Shown piece by piece: positions 26,735-40,810 of a DNA stretch of 64,000 nt (position 1 is the stretch's first letter; each line of letters starts with the position of its first letter). The translations under genes were made by a program, and so were the position numbers. This DNA comes from Octopus bimaculoides (lineage: Eukaryota), in the NCBI RefSeq assembly GCF_001194135.2, contig NC_068994.1, positions 36,769,995 through 36,833,994 of the forward strand, written 5' to 3'. The notes beneath the pieces are model-generated. The model saw nothing but the letters and a program-made list of their open reading frames with translations. It did no database searches and was not told the DNA's origin.

Positions 26735-28192
26735 ACATATTTATATATGTGTATATGCACGAATATGTACATATAAATGTGTGTGAGTGTCAGTCTGTTT
26801 GTCTCTGTGTGTGGGTGTATAAATCCTGAATAATGAACCTAATCTTCCTCGGAGTAAACTTTAATGCCATGCTCATTGCACTATTGGTTTCCCTTTAATT
26901 CAACCTTTCTTATGTGAGAACTCTAATTACACTGTGTAACACGGTTTTTATCCTTGGGTAGTTACTGTTATTTCCTATTTTCTTACCCCTAGACAATTTG
27001 AAAAATGGCTAATGTTTCCTTTAAACTTTGCTTTTTTTGTTAAGTTTATTCAAACTCCAAAGAACCCATCTCAACACATGGATCTGTTCATGATCAGAGA
27101 TGTACATATAGTCAGCTACAAAGAGACATGCTCAAGTAGTTGAGGTTGAGCAACTGGTATTGTGCAGAATATTTACTATTATGATATTTCTGCTTCAGCA
27201 ACTCAATGCTGAAGCTATCTGAAATGTAATGGAATACAGGCCAGTTTCAAATCATTGATGTTCAGGCTACAAAAGCAAAGTTTGAATGGAATAGTAGTCA
27301 TTTCCTTTGATTTCTAGATAGAATCAAATAGGAAATAACATTTACAGGCTAACAACAAACAAAAAACTTTAAAAAATTTGTTACACAGTTATTCCTTTAC
27401 AGTTTATTTTCTTTAAAGTAAAATTATCTATTCTGATTAACCTAATGTTTGTCAACAATAAATTTCATCGATCAACTCAGAGATCCTAAAATATATTGTA
27501 AGTTGGTTCCTTTAAAAGCACTGAGTGTACTGGTACTTTTGATGGTGTGTTCCCACTGACATCATATGCGATGACAGAGATTTATCATAACTGATCCGTC
27601 CAAAACCAAATGAGAGTATAAAAAAGAGACCAATACCATACATGAGTTAAGATGGGGAAAAAATGTGTATATTCAATACTTGCAGCTACATGGATGATTC
27701 TAATGAAAGGTGGTGGTTTCATTGAGAACGTGATATCCAGTTGTGAGCATTGTACTACAACATGATGTGCCATATTTTTTGGTCCCACCTCACACACACG
27801 CATACATTGATGAATGGGCCTTTGTCAGATTTTATGATGTAGGCTTAGTTTGTTCAGTTAGCTGAATTTAAAAGCACATCCAATTAGCATAGCTTGTTCA
27901 GCCTTCTTCAGACCCATGTGCTCTTAAACTGATTCCCAGGTAGAATCTCGATGACAAAGTGAGTGACAAAATTATACCTTTGATGGGTTTTCCATCTGAT
28001 GGGCTTCTCTGCTGTCTCTGGTTCTCCAGTTTTATTCTTATGGTGTGAACCAACTATGTGACAGAAAATGTCACTTGCCCAAAATGCTATGCAATGGCTC
28101 ATAACTGGGATTTCATGAATCCAAAGTGAAATTCTTAATCATTTTGTGTGTGTGAGATGGGCAGAGGTGGGGTACACGTGCATGCATTATCT

Positions 28193-28587
28193 TCTTTTAC
28201 TTGTTTCAGTTACTGAACTGTGGCCATGCTGGGGCCTTGAAGAGTTTAGTTGAACAAATTGACCACAATACCTATTTTCTAGCCTGGTATCAAGCTGCTA
28301 AATTACAGGACAATAAACAAGCCAACACTGGTTTTCAAGTAGTGGTTGGAGAGAAAGATACACACACACACATGCAAGACACTCACACACACGCAAGACA
28401 CTCACACACACGCAAGACACTCACACACATATGATGGGCTTTCATACAGTTTCTGTTTATGAAATTCACTCACAAGGCTTTGGTTGACTTGAAGCTAAGT
28501 AGAAGACACATGCCCAAGGGACCACATAGTGAGACTGAACTGAAAACTAGGTGGTTGCAAAGTAAGCTTCTTAACCATACAGTCATG

Positions 28588-28590
<3 letters not shown>
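28193..28590 (-). mobile_element. SINE type B containing a short ~19-20-bp tandem repeat
   Basis: Reverse-complement similarity to 15945; GCAAGACACTCACACACAC x3 inside. Partial heads also occur near 21210, 23830, 50307, 52017, 53280, 55560, 56560 and 59380. Confidence 0.8.
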
Positions 28591-28633
<43 letters not shown>

Positions 28634-29383
28634 AATAATATATGAGTATATGCATATATATGTACATGTATGTACATACCTTCATCTACATGTATATATA
28701 GATGCATATCTGGGTACAGGACGTCACAAGAAAACGTGGGCAAAATGATAGAAAACACACAGGCCGCATAGAGAACATTTCCTTCATCAGCTGCCACCAT
28801 TATAACACTGGCATTTATATATACGTGTATATGTTAAAAAGAGTCAAGGTAGAAAATGCTAAAATAATTTTATAAAAACCATTTCAGTACTGGATTCAGT
28901 CATTGAGACTTTTTCAACTGTAAGTATGGAAAACAATAAAATTTTGGAAAAATTAAAAGAAAAGTTTTTAAAAGAATATTTGCATGGTATTCAAATACAA
29001 GGGGTATTTTCCTTGTTTCTGCCTGTTTCTGTCTCTCTTGTTTACTCTTGTGAGTTACATATATATGTATATATATGCACTGAACTCTCATGTTGAAGAT
29101 GATGTATGAGTGTTCAGGTTTTTGCTGGATGATTGACACAAATGATTTGTTTATAGTGATCAAATGTATGTGCTGCACATTAGCTCAGTCCTTCCATTAA
29201 ATCAACATTGCCTGAACAGGTGCATGGTGTACAACACATAAGGTTTTGAAGTCATTTCAGACCAACATGAGATGAAATGTTTTGCTCAAGAACACAATGT
29301 ACCACCCAGTCTAGGAATTGAAACCACGATCTTGCAATTGTGCAGCACTCTAACTGCTAGACTATGTGCCCTCACTACTATAT

Positions 29384-29445
<62 letters not shown>

Positions 29446-30649
29446 CTGAGGGATTCATTTTATTTTACAGTACTTGAAACATCCATTCATGTTCTCCCCT
29501 TATAGGTGATGTAGTAGCATAGGGAAAGATAAACTGAAATACTTAAGCATTTATTTACTGACTACATTTTCATATACATGTGCATCCATATACATATAAC
29601 GACATAATTAATATAGATTAAACTCTATCAAAAATTGGCTTATCAATTTGGTTGATTCCAGCTATTACACAGGCGACAAAAAAATAAATAATATTACTAA
29701 TTTATTTATACACATTCTGTAGTCACATACTCACCTGCAAACACACAAACACACAAACTCTTATTTACACTCACATTTACACACACACATGCTCTCTCAC
29801 ACATACACAAATTCCTATCTATATACTTTGATTATTTCAAAATAAATATTAATTCTAAGCTGCTTTACTGTTTATCACATCTTAATACTACATTTTCCTA
29901 AATCTAATATCTTTCTTGTTCTTCAGGGAATAATGAAGAGTTTTGTGAGGCAATCCATTAATTTACTAATGGTAAGGGTTAATGGCAAAAAAGTGAGTAA
30001 GCTGATGATAATGATGATGGTGATGATTTTGGTGGTAGTTGGTAGGGGTGATTATGGTGACAGCGAGTACTACGAGACAATGATGCTGATGATGAAGGGA
30101 GTGATAGTAGGGAACGAGAACGAAGGTTAATGATGTCAATCATTGTTGCAAAAATTATTGTAATGGCAATGACAAAAAAGGATGAAATAAATGCATATTT
30201 CTGGTTGTTTGTATCATGCATGCAGGCATGCACAGACACTCACAGAGCACAAGCATATTGAACATAGACACCCAGACTGAGAACAAAAGTAGATGATATA
30301 TCTAGCATGATGTTTCAGCTAAATAAAATAATGTACATCTCATTCATGGATCACTTGGTTCATATTCCACAGAACCAACATTATATTATGTTGTAGGACT
30401 AAGTACTTACCCCTAACATGCTAGACAAGCCTGACTTATTTCAATGCCTACAACACACATTTACACACTTTGTCATATGTGTGTGTCTTAGTGTGTGTAT
30501 ATATATTGTTTATACATATATATTATATATACACATGCTGTATGAGTGCACACACTTTCACATAAATTTTCAAATATGTTTATATATCTATATCTGTCTG
30601 TCTCTATCTTCCTCTCTTCATATATATATAAATATATATATATACCTTT

Positions 30650-30817
30650 ATATGTATGTATGTATATATATATTTATATATGTATATATTTATATGTATG
30701 TATGTATATATATATTTATATATGTATATATTTATATGTATGTATGTATATATATATTTATATATGTATATATTTATATGTATGTATGTATATATATATT
30801 TATATATGTATATATTT
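30650..30817. repeat. 42-bp-unit AT-rich minisatellite (about 4 copies) running into an assembly gap
   Basis: Repeating TATGTATGTATGTATATATATATTTATATATGTATATATTTA. Confidence 0.85.
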
Positions 30818-30907
30818 NNNNNNNNNNNNNNNNNNNNNNNNNNNNNNNNNNNNNNNNNNNNNNNNNNNNNNNNNNNNNNNNNNNNNNNNNNNNNNNNNNN
30901 NNNNNNN

Positions 30908-30980
<73 letters not shown>

Positions 30981-31399
30981 GTATGTATGCATTTATATAC
31001 ACATGTGTATATGTGTGTGTTTGTTATATTTTAGCTTGTTATATATGCATATGAGCACATGTAGTTCTTTTTACTTATATTCTCAAATGTATATATTTAT
31101 GCATATATTCATATCCAAAAGGTGTAACAAGATACTTCTAATGATAAATGATATAAATTTAAGTCATCAATGTGATGTGTAATCAGATACACATAGAAAA
31201 ATGTAAAAACAATTATCTTGGAGAGAAAATATGTGGACAGAAAATGAGGGATAGGTCTGGCTGGTTTTGACTCTAGTTGATGACTTTATTGCAGACTAAA
31301 CACTGGCTTAATCAACCATTCAACAGACGTGTAGCTTATAGCCATTATAGTCACATTATAATTCTGACTCAGGTAAGTCAGTTAGCCTGATTTGCATAA

Positions 31400-31915
31400 T
31401 AATGCATTCATTGGCAGTGTGGGCTATTAATTAACTAATAATCTGCCAAACAGTATTCGCTATATAACAGCATTGTTCTACAAGCAGTTCTGTGTGTGAG
31501 TGAGATATGGAGGAGCATCATGAAAATTGACAGACAGTTTGATGTGTTCCGCCAAAGATGCTTGAGAAGGTTTCTGAGAATGTATTAATAAGACCACATG
31601 ACCAATGAAGACATTCTCAAGGGATCCAATATGAGACCACTGAGCAAAATCATCACAGAAGGCAGATTAAAGCTAGCAAGTCACATACATCAGCTACTAG
31701 AGCAAAACCATTCTAAAACAGCTTTTAAATGAAAACTGTCTGAGGGGAAAAGAGAAAGAGAGTGGAAGACTGAAAACTATGCAGTGCTGATCATTCATAA
31801 CCAGCATGAGAAAGGTCAACATTACATGGCTGGATGTAGAGAAAACTGCAGCCAACAGAAAACTGGCATCAACTTGCTGCCCAGTGTGCCTGAGAGCACA
31901 GGTGGGACTGATTCT
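31400..31915 (+). mobile_element. Decayed RTE-clade LINE 3' end
   Basis: Translation LYNSIVLQAVLCVSEIW...DVFRQRCLRRFLR..DHMTNEDIL...MRKVNITWLDVEKTAANRK matches the RTE RT C-terminal pattern, with in-frame stops. Confidence 0.8.
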
Positions 31916-32195
31916 AATACTGAAACAGCATCCACTTTATATTCTGAAATGTGAGGTATATCTAATAATAAACAATAGAAATTCTAACCATCACTGTAAT
32001 CAGACAACATGTTGACAAATGTAATTAGCTGTTTTTCTTTCTTTTTATCTCTCTGTGGATAGAAAGAGATAGACTAGTCTTACACTCTTTAGTGTATATT
32101 AACAAAGTGTATACATTACTAGACATTCCAGATAAATCAACAAGCACTGTTTAGTACATCACTGATAAAAGCATGAACATACACACAAACACATA

Positions 32196-32278
<83 letters not shown>

Positions 32279-32351
32279 TATATATGTTGGTTAATGCATG
32301 TGTCTGTATGTGGTAGTATAATATATGCATATATGTATATGCACATGCTCA

Positions 32352-32388
<37 letters not shown>

Positions 32389-33264
32389 AGAGAAAGAGAG
32401 AGAGAAGGAAAGATAGAACCTGATATGTGTATGGATGTATATATGCAGATATATATTCATATATATGTATGTGTATATATAAAATAGAAGATGCACATAC
32501 ATGCGCATATTTAATAGACAGGTTGGAAGAATGGATATATTTGAAGATATATTTCATAACTTAAGGAGCAGATTTCATACATGCTTCCTCATGAGCTATC
32601 TAATCATAAGAAATATCTTGAAATAATCTTTCTCTGACAATCCACTGAATGAACACAGAACTCTGTTCAGATACAAAATTCTTCAGATATTCATATAAAT
32701 AACTACCATCAAGGCTGATTACATTGGCTCTTCACATTTTTTTTTTATCCTTTTCTCCTTTCAAATAGGAAATAAGCTCTTTGGAGATAGGGTAAGCGGT
32801 GTCCTATTATTTTTATGGACATTGTATCAAATATCATTTAGCTTACAGAAATATAAAAGAAAGAGCGTAAATATTGGATTTTATCATTTCATACAATTTC
32901 AGGTACAGAAAAAGAGCAAAGAAAAAAATTTCTATTTTGAAGGTTTTGTGGTTCAACTAATCATAAAAGTGGAGGAAAAAAATGCAAGCAAATTTGCAGT
33001 GTGAAGGCATCGTAGATGAAGATAAGAATAAAATAAGAAAACTACATAAAATCGCAGAAAATAGAGGTTCTTTAATTTCGTTCTGATCTGGAAAATTATT
33101 TTAAGTCAAGTTGATTCATCACACGAAACAGCTTTTTATCTCTGCCTCTTTCTAATTACATACCTCTTCTATTCTCTATATAAGAATATCTAGAGTTCTT
33201 TCAGTTATGTGCATGTGTGTGCATGTTTCTATGTGAGTGTGTGTGTTACTGTGTGTTTGTGCGG

Positions 33265-33310
<46 letters not shown>

Positions 33311-33464
33311 GTATGTTTGTATGTATCTAAATATATGTATAGATATATGTATGTACATACATTTGAATATCATATATGTATATGTTTATATACTGTTGTG
33401 TATGCATATGCACACATGCACACACAAAAAAACAAAACACATGTATGTATGTGTGTGTGAGAGA

Positions 33465-33535
<71 letters not shown>

Positions 33536-33666
33536 TACATGTCTGTCTGTCTGTCTGTCTGTCTGTATATCTATCTATCTTACTATCTAGTTAGCTATTT
33601 ATCTATAGGCATGTACAATTTCTCTATTCTCTCATTATCTGTTTTTTCTGTGTGTGTATGTGTTTG

Positions 33667-33700
<34 letters not shown>

Positions 33701-33939
33701 GAAGATGATGATGATGAACTCCTGCACTGACAATAACATAAACAGTTAGTTGTTAGTTCATATTAAAGATATTCTCATTGAATTGGAGGCTAATATGGCT
33801 GAGTATTCCACAGACACATTAACCACTAAAATAATTTTCAAATTGAAGAATTGCAACACAGTGAGACAAGGCAGTTCCTTTGAATTAAAGCTACAGCAAA
33901 TCTGACAATTTACTTATCAGATTTTATCAACCTGTTTAA

Positions 33940-34160
33940 CCCTTTTGATACCAACCCACATGAAACTGCCTCTGGCTCAGAGTACAAATGTCTTGTTTAT
34001 AAAAGTTCTGATTTAAAATCTTCCACTAAACCTTAGTCACAATTAATGTTCCTAACTAGCTTAATGATATAACTAAGTTATCATATCAAATTCTTTGTTA
34101 CATTTAAAATTAATTGAAAGAAACACAGAGCATCTCAACAGAAATATGGTAACAAAAGGG
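33940..34160. mobile_element. piggyBac-type MITE
   Basis: TTAA|CCCTTTTGATACC ... GGTAACAAAAGGG|TTAA: TTAA target duplication with 13-bp TIRs (1 mismatch). Confidence 0.8.
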
Positions 34161-35019
34161 TTAACTCACAAGACTTGATAAAAGACATTTGCAGTAAATA
34201 CCATGCTATGAGATTGAAGCAAAGGGTTTTATATTTTTTTCTGGCATTTTCATGAAGTTCAACTTGAACCAAATTTTGGTTTATTTGCTGGCAATAATTC
34301 TGAACAAATTAATATTGCTGGACCAAATGAAGAATGGCATCATCATTTTTAAAGCTATTTACCCAAAATGTAGTGAACAGCATTATCAAATATGGGCAAA
34401 GCTAATGATGGATGTTGATACATTATATTTTGAAAGGCTAGTTTGTATCTAGCCTTTCAAATATATACATCAGGCATGGATGTGGGAATGAACCTAAAGC
34501 TATATGTTTCAGGTACATTTATCTCAGTGTTACAACTTGATGTGTCTCCTGCTATAAGCCTTAGGCTGACCAACTGTGCAACAGTCAACTTTGGAAAATG
34601 GAAACTGTATGGAGGCTCATCATATATATATACACACATATATACATACATATATTTATACACATGTTCAGACACACAGATACACACTCATGTATATATA
34701 TATGCTTATATATGTATATATATGTGAGTGTGTGTGTGTGCATGTATGTGTATACAAAATAAATTTATATATATAATAAATATTATATATATATTTATAT
34801 ATATATATACTTACATACACACATATATATATATGTATTAAAAGCACTGAATGGAACATTCTAAGTACATTTGGATGCCTAACTGCGATGGATCATCAGG
34901 GTAACACTATTACATTCTGTTACAGAGATCTAATATCTGAAGTGAGACAGACACATAGCAAGGTAATTTATAAGCATTTAGAGAAGGAATCAGAAAGAAT
35001 ATGTCTGTATGTGTGTGTT

Positions 35020-35079
<60 letters not shown>

Positions 35080-35199
35080 TGCTTGTGTGTATGTCTTCAT
35101 GTGTTTTCACACTGTCTGCATGACTTTGACTGTGGAATATTCTTACTGTATGTCATGATTATGGCATCTTGCAGAAGTTCAATCTATGAAGACAGGAAA

Positions 35200-35530
35200 T
35201 AAATTACACTACTTGAAAAGAAGTAAGTGGTGCCATAAAATTGGGCATCTGCCTATAAAATACTGCCTCAAAAAGTCAAGTCTAACTCATGTCAGCCTGG
35301 AAATAGTGGACATAAAGTAATGATACTGATGCATATTATATATAAATCATTTGTTTCTTATTATGGCATGGGGTGGATGTGTTGTCAGCAGCAATGTATT
35401 TTCTTTCTGGGAGCATTTATGGAATGCTGTTCATATGTGTCATTTTGGCTTGGTTTTTATGGGTGAATGCTCTTCCTATTGCTAATTATCATATGGTGTG
35501 TACTGGTTGCATTTTCTTTTGGCACTAGTG
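35200..35530. mobile_element. RTE-like 3' tail repeats ending in (TGA)n-like runs, head-to-head
   Basis: Motif family ...CCAACCCATGCCAGCATGGAAA..GACGTTAAATGATGAT, decayed. Other copies lie near 3770-3905, 20100-20210, 23680-23790, 24040-24190 and 26555-26600. Confidence 0.45.
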
Positions 35531-35952
35531 ATAGGGAGCTTGATATATCCTTAGTGAGATAATAATAAATGAACCTCAGAACAGTGCATTCTCTGCTCAT
35601 TTGCCATCCATTATTTCACTGTATATTTTCATGGTACCAGCACTAGGGAAGTTGTCATGTTCTTTGTGAGAAAGGACTAAATCTACTTTTAAGGTTACTT
35701 TATCTCTGCTTGCTAACCAATTATTCTAGGAGGTGTGTAGAGAAAGCGGAAGAAGAGAGAGAGAATGGGCTTGTAAGACTAGATGGGCTTTCCAGTGTGG
35801 TACCAATGTGTAAGGTATGCATGTGGCAAGATGTACAAGATGTCATTAAGGTAATATGATTGAGGAGTGTAACAGCAGAAGGCCAGAATAGGTAGATGAA
35901 AGGAGCTAGAATAGGATGGTAGAAATAGTTAAACACACACACAAGTACGCAT

Positions 35953-36001
<49 letters not shown>

Positions 36002-37186
36002 TGCATGCACGCACACAAGACATGTATGTGTACATGATACATGTATATATTATGAGAACGGTTTCATTGAAAGCAGTAGTTTTAGCAATATGTATAATTT
36101 ATGAAATCAATTATTATTCTAATGAACAAGTAAACACATCAACTCTTCTAAGAGAATTTAGATGAAATCTGTCATATTTTTTTGAGTAGTTATCACTATA
36201 TGTCATCCGCGCTCATTAAAAGAGGTGAAAATGTTGTGTAATAACAAGTTCCATACCAATATAAACATTCAAACAAAGTTATGATTATCTGGAAATATAT
36301 CTTAAAACCAAAAAAAGATAAAGAAAAGACAGGTGAACCAACAGGTGCAATCTTACTTTGATAATTATGTAAGTTTTGTGTATGAACCATTATAGAAATA
36401 TTTATTGGCAACTTCCTTAAATTTACCCTGCAATTCTATTTGTTTAAAGACACATTATGTGAAGCATTGTGAAACCTCTATCTTTCTAGATCATTAAACA
36501 ATATAAAATACATTATAAAAGTTTCAGATGGAAAAGTCAGCATTTCAAATAGTCATTTATCTTATTCCTAAACAAGAAATGATATACCATTTCCACTTGA
36601 ATAATTCCTTAGATAGAGGCAATTCTTTTTAAAGTCTGTTGTCTTTTCAGTATTGGTAGCACATCATAGATTTCATTTAAAATTTTTTTTTTTTACTTTT
36701 CCATATAAACTTGCAATATTTTTTTCTCTCTGCAAGTTGAATGAACAAAAAGATGAAGTAAAAAAAAAAAGTTAGATGCTGAAGAGGACATTTTTTTTTT
36801 TTTTTTGTTAAACAATAGTTTTTATCATTCAGTTTTCTTTTTCAAATTCTAAGGATTTTATTCCATCTGATTTTTTTTTTTAAATATTAAAAATATGTTT
36901 CCATATAGGTGTACCATATATGTATACACAAACACACACACATATACACACATACATAAATTTCCACTGGGAAAAGGTTGACAGTAAATTCGAAGTGCTA
37001 GTTTGTTGATTGTCATCAGTCTGATGACAACTAGTAAGCTGAAACATTGAAGTCACTGATGCTGATGATGAACACTTTACTAAACAGTCATGAATGATTT
37101 TTCAATTTGATCAACTGATTTTATTTATAATCTTACATGAAATCCAATACTATTCTATGTATACATATATGCATATTTTGTATGTG

Positions 37187-37317
<131 letters not shown>

Positions 37318-37529
37318 AGATAGCTATGGTTGGTTTATAGGGTTACCCAGGGTTTTGTATCCATAAAGCACTAGCTTTACATACATCTCATCAGGCCCTA
37401 ATGGCTGTTGACCGATAACCTATATATCAATAGGTTTGATATATATATATATACACACACATGTTATTAGAGTTTGATAGGTGCCAACACATGAAACTCT
37501 CAGAATTTGAGTCACTCTGTTATTTCTGC

Positions 37530-37588
<59 letters not shown>

Positions 37589-40036
37589 CTGACCATTAAA
37601 GTGAAGAATCAAACATGACTACTGCTTGTTGATGAGCTGCAAAGATAAAATTATTCTTTTAGCCAAGCTTATCTTTTCTAGCTTTTACTACAATTATTGT
37701 CATTGTGTACTGACATGTGTTCTTTTAGTTCATTTCTAGAAAGAATAATTATTACATAAATCACAGGTGTATATTCTTTCACCTGGCAGAAATTTATTAA
37801 GCTGCTTTGCTAATAGGAAATAGAAAACTTGAAATTTAGTGCTTTATTGTAGGTAGCAAAATGATGATAGACTATATTCCCCTCATCTACTACAACGATG
37901 CATTATGCTTTATATGTAATGTGAAATTGCAAAACAATTTGCTACAGAAGAAACTGTTATCTTTCACAAAATGTAAATCCAAAACATCATAGTAATTTGT
38001 CTGTCTATTGAAGATGAACACTTTACATTGCACACTTCTTCAACTTTACTCAATCCAAATGTAAAATATCAGAGATCAAAGAAGTTCCAAAGATAAAGCT
38101 GCCTGCCAGGAAACCTGCTATCAACAACTATGATCAATGGCCTTTAAACTTACAAATACCAGGCCCTCTCTATCAAAATATTAGGGAATTTTTTTTATTT
38201 CCTCTCTCTTTATTAATGAGAAAGTAAACTGAGTTGACTTCCAACTGATTGAACTTTCTTTGCCATGATGTTGGATAAGTTTCAAAAGTTTCAAACCATC
38301 ATAACTATTTAACATGGAAGAGTGTGGCCCTTTTCCAATCCTCACAGCCATAGTCTAGGAGTGCTTCAAACCTTTCCACCACAAGAAACACTGACAGAGA
38401 GAGATGGCAAATGACAGATTACTTCTGTAAAATATTAACTACAACCTATCAAAAATTACAACTATGCTGCTATAAAATGTACAAGACTGATGCCAATGCA
38501 TATTGGACATGTTTATGAAACAAGCTCCCAAAAGCTGCAATGAGAATTGTCCTAACTGAATGACTGCATACTTTTGTCAATTTCACCAAACAATGAAATA
38601 ATGAAATAGTTTGTTCAGTTGCTCTTTGATTTGAATTTTCCAGTGAAATTATTATATATGTACTCATGCATATATATGTATATAAATTCTTGTGCACATA
38701 TTTAGCTTTGCCTGAGTTAAAAACACATTTCCCCATCAAACTGTTATTCAGGAGTTAATTAGCTAATATTCTTATAGGTGTGTGTGTGTGTGTGTGTTAT
38801 ATGTGCATGTGCAATTAACCAAGTTCATTCCAACACTCTTCTTGCACACTTCGCATGGGTACTTTCTTGATTTTTGCATCTATGCATTCCTTTTACCTTC
38901 TCCTCTTCTTCTTTAACCTGTTCATACTTTCTATTATTATCACTACATCGTCTGTGTCCAACAACTTCCACGGAAACCTAATTCTATGCTTGAGCCAGCA
39001 TCTCCATCAAAACTAGAAATAATAGTGGGTTTAATACTGATCCTTGATACACAACAAACCTTTGTCTCTAACTCATCACTGTTCTTTCATTCATTATGGG
39101 TGTGTTTATTAACCATTTAAAGAGGACTATTAATTGATATGGCAGCTACATTAAAATTTATGTAGAGTGAGCTGTAGGTAGAGTGAATATTGATCCAGAT
39201 GTTGGAAATAGTCTGAAGATAGGAAAAACAACTAATAATGTGGGAGACATTTTGAATAAAGAAGGTAAATTGGACTCAGGGGCAATGGCTAGTTTAAGAT
39301 GCACATGGAAGATGTTGTGGGAATTGAGTTGTGTGTTAATGTAAAAGAAAGTGTTACTGAAACAGAAAAGGAGGGTGTATGCTGCATGTATAAGTGCCAT
39401 ATTATAGGAGAGTAAGACATGGATACTGAATATGAAGCAAGAAAAAGGGTTGGGAAGAATAAAATGAGAATAGTTTGGTGTTTCTACTAGACTATGCTTT
39501 TCTTTTACCATCAATCTATAGATCTCTGTCATCAGTCATCGCACTTCAACTTCTGGCTACACTTAATGTATGTCTCACAACCTGTGTCACGAACCACCTC
39601 CTTCTCTTCAGTAGTCATATTGTTTCCTCAACTTCTCTTTTTCTTTGCTGGTTCTAGAACTAAACTGTTCTGTGTTGCCATCCCATTCATTTTCCACATT
39701 CAGTAACATCTTAATATATCTCTTCCACTTTCCCCTTAATCATTCTAACACTATAATAATTTGTTCCACTTCAACCTTTACAATTACTCCTGTGACATCA
39801 CATCTCTTTTTTATTAATTGTATTCTACTTTTAAACACCTATGCTAGACCCTCCCCACTGCCACTCCTTTTAGTCTTCCCAACCTGGTTGGTATTTAATC
39901 AATTAAGTTTCCCTCCTACTTTCACCTTCCAATCACTGATAACTAAATGGTACAGTATAATAACCTCCTCTTCTGGGATTACCATACACACATGCACACA
40001 CACACATTATATATTTTATACATACACACATACATG

Positions 40037-40082
<46 letters not shown>

Positions 40083-40217
40083 TGCATGTTGTCCAGATAA
40101 AAGGAGAGACTAAGTATCTGGAGACTACTAAGCAACTGAGAAAATGAAGGAGGCAAAAAAGATACATATGTAAATATATTTATATTATACATAAATACAT
40201 GTGTGTGTGTATATATG

Positions 40218-40251
<34 letters not shown>

Positions 40252-40625
40252 TACACAAACGACATTCACATGTATGTATACATATATTTCTTAGAATTAA
40301 TTAGTCAAAAATACCAGCATGCAAAGTTTATAACACATTAATATCCATCAATCATTTATCAGTATTAAAAATATTCTAAATCAATACCTCAACATTTTAA
40401 AATTGATTTTGTAAAACTAAAAACCTTTCCCTAACTTGTCTGATGATAAGAACTAGAATAAATAAATAAAGAAATAAATAGATAAATAAATAAAAATAAT
40501 AACAGGCAAAAATCCACATCATTTGAATCACTACGACATATCTGGACAAGTAATTAAAACGATCAAGTTCATTCTTGAAGACTTGATATTCTGCCAATTT
40601 TACATCTAGGCAGGATATTCTTTCT

Positions 40626-40631
40626 TTTATT
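40626..40631 (-). terminator. Candidate poly(A) signal for the read-through protocadherin isoform
   Basis: AATAAA on the minus strand ~180 nt after the TAA at 40811-40813. The hexamer is common in AT-rich DNA. Confidence 0.3.
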
Positions 40632-40810
40632 GATTTCTTTTTTCAGGATGCCAAGTGAATGGTGTCAATGTTTTGACTGCTACAGTCACATAATCTATAT
40701 TCTTAGTGAACTATTAGTAACTAGATAAAAATAATACCAAGAAAATCTTTGGTCATAAAAACAGCTTTTCAAATTCAAAGAGAACATAGAGCAAAAGAAG
40801 TTATTTTAAC

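Noticed and set aside
27560-28120. Moderately GC-rich stretch with faint similarity to a LINE RT C-terminus
   Set aside because: It is too degraded to assign by eye and needs a translated profile search.
29933-30239. Ser/Pro-rich minus-strand and Met/Asp-rich plus-strand ORFs as a possible cytoplasmic exon
   Set aside because: Derived from degenerate (GAT)n low-complexity sequence, with no usable acceptor in phase.
31365-31397. AP-1 (TGACTCA), octamer (ATTTGCAT) and a plus-strand CAG|GTAAGT within 35 bp
   Set aside because: It abuts and probably belongs to the decayed RTE fragment, and short motifs are expected by chance.
37010-37030. Perfect 10-bp inverted repeat TTGTCATCAG-T-CTGATGACAA
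   Set aside because: It is short and isolated, with no context suggesting function.
39158-39960. Pyrimidine/purine-skewed ORFs (124 and 151 aa), possibly a decayed Penelope-like repeat
   Set aside because: I could not identify RT or GIY-YIG motifs, so neither a gene nor an element call is supportable.
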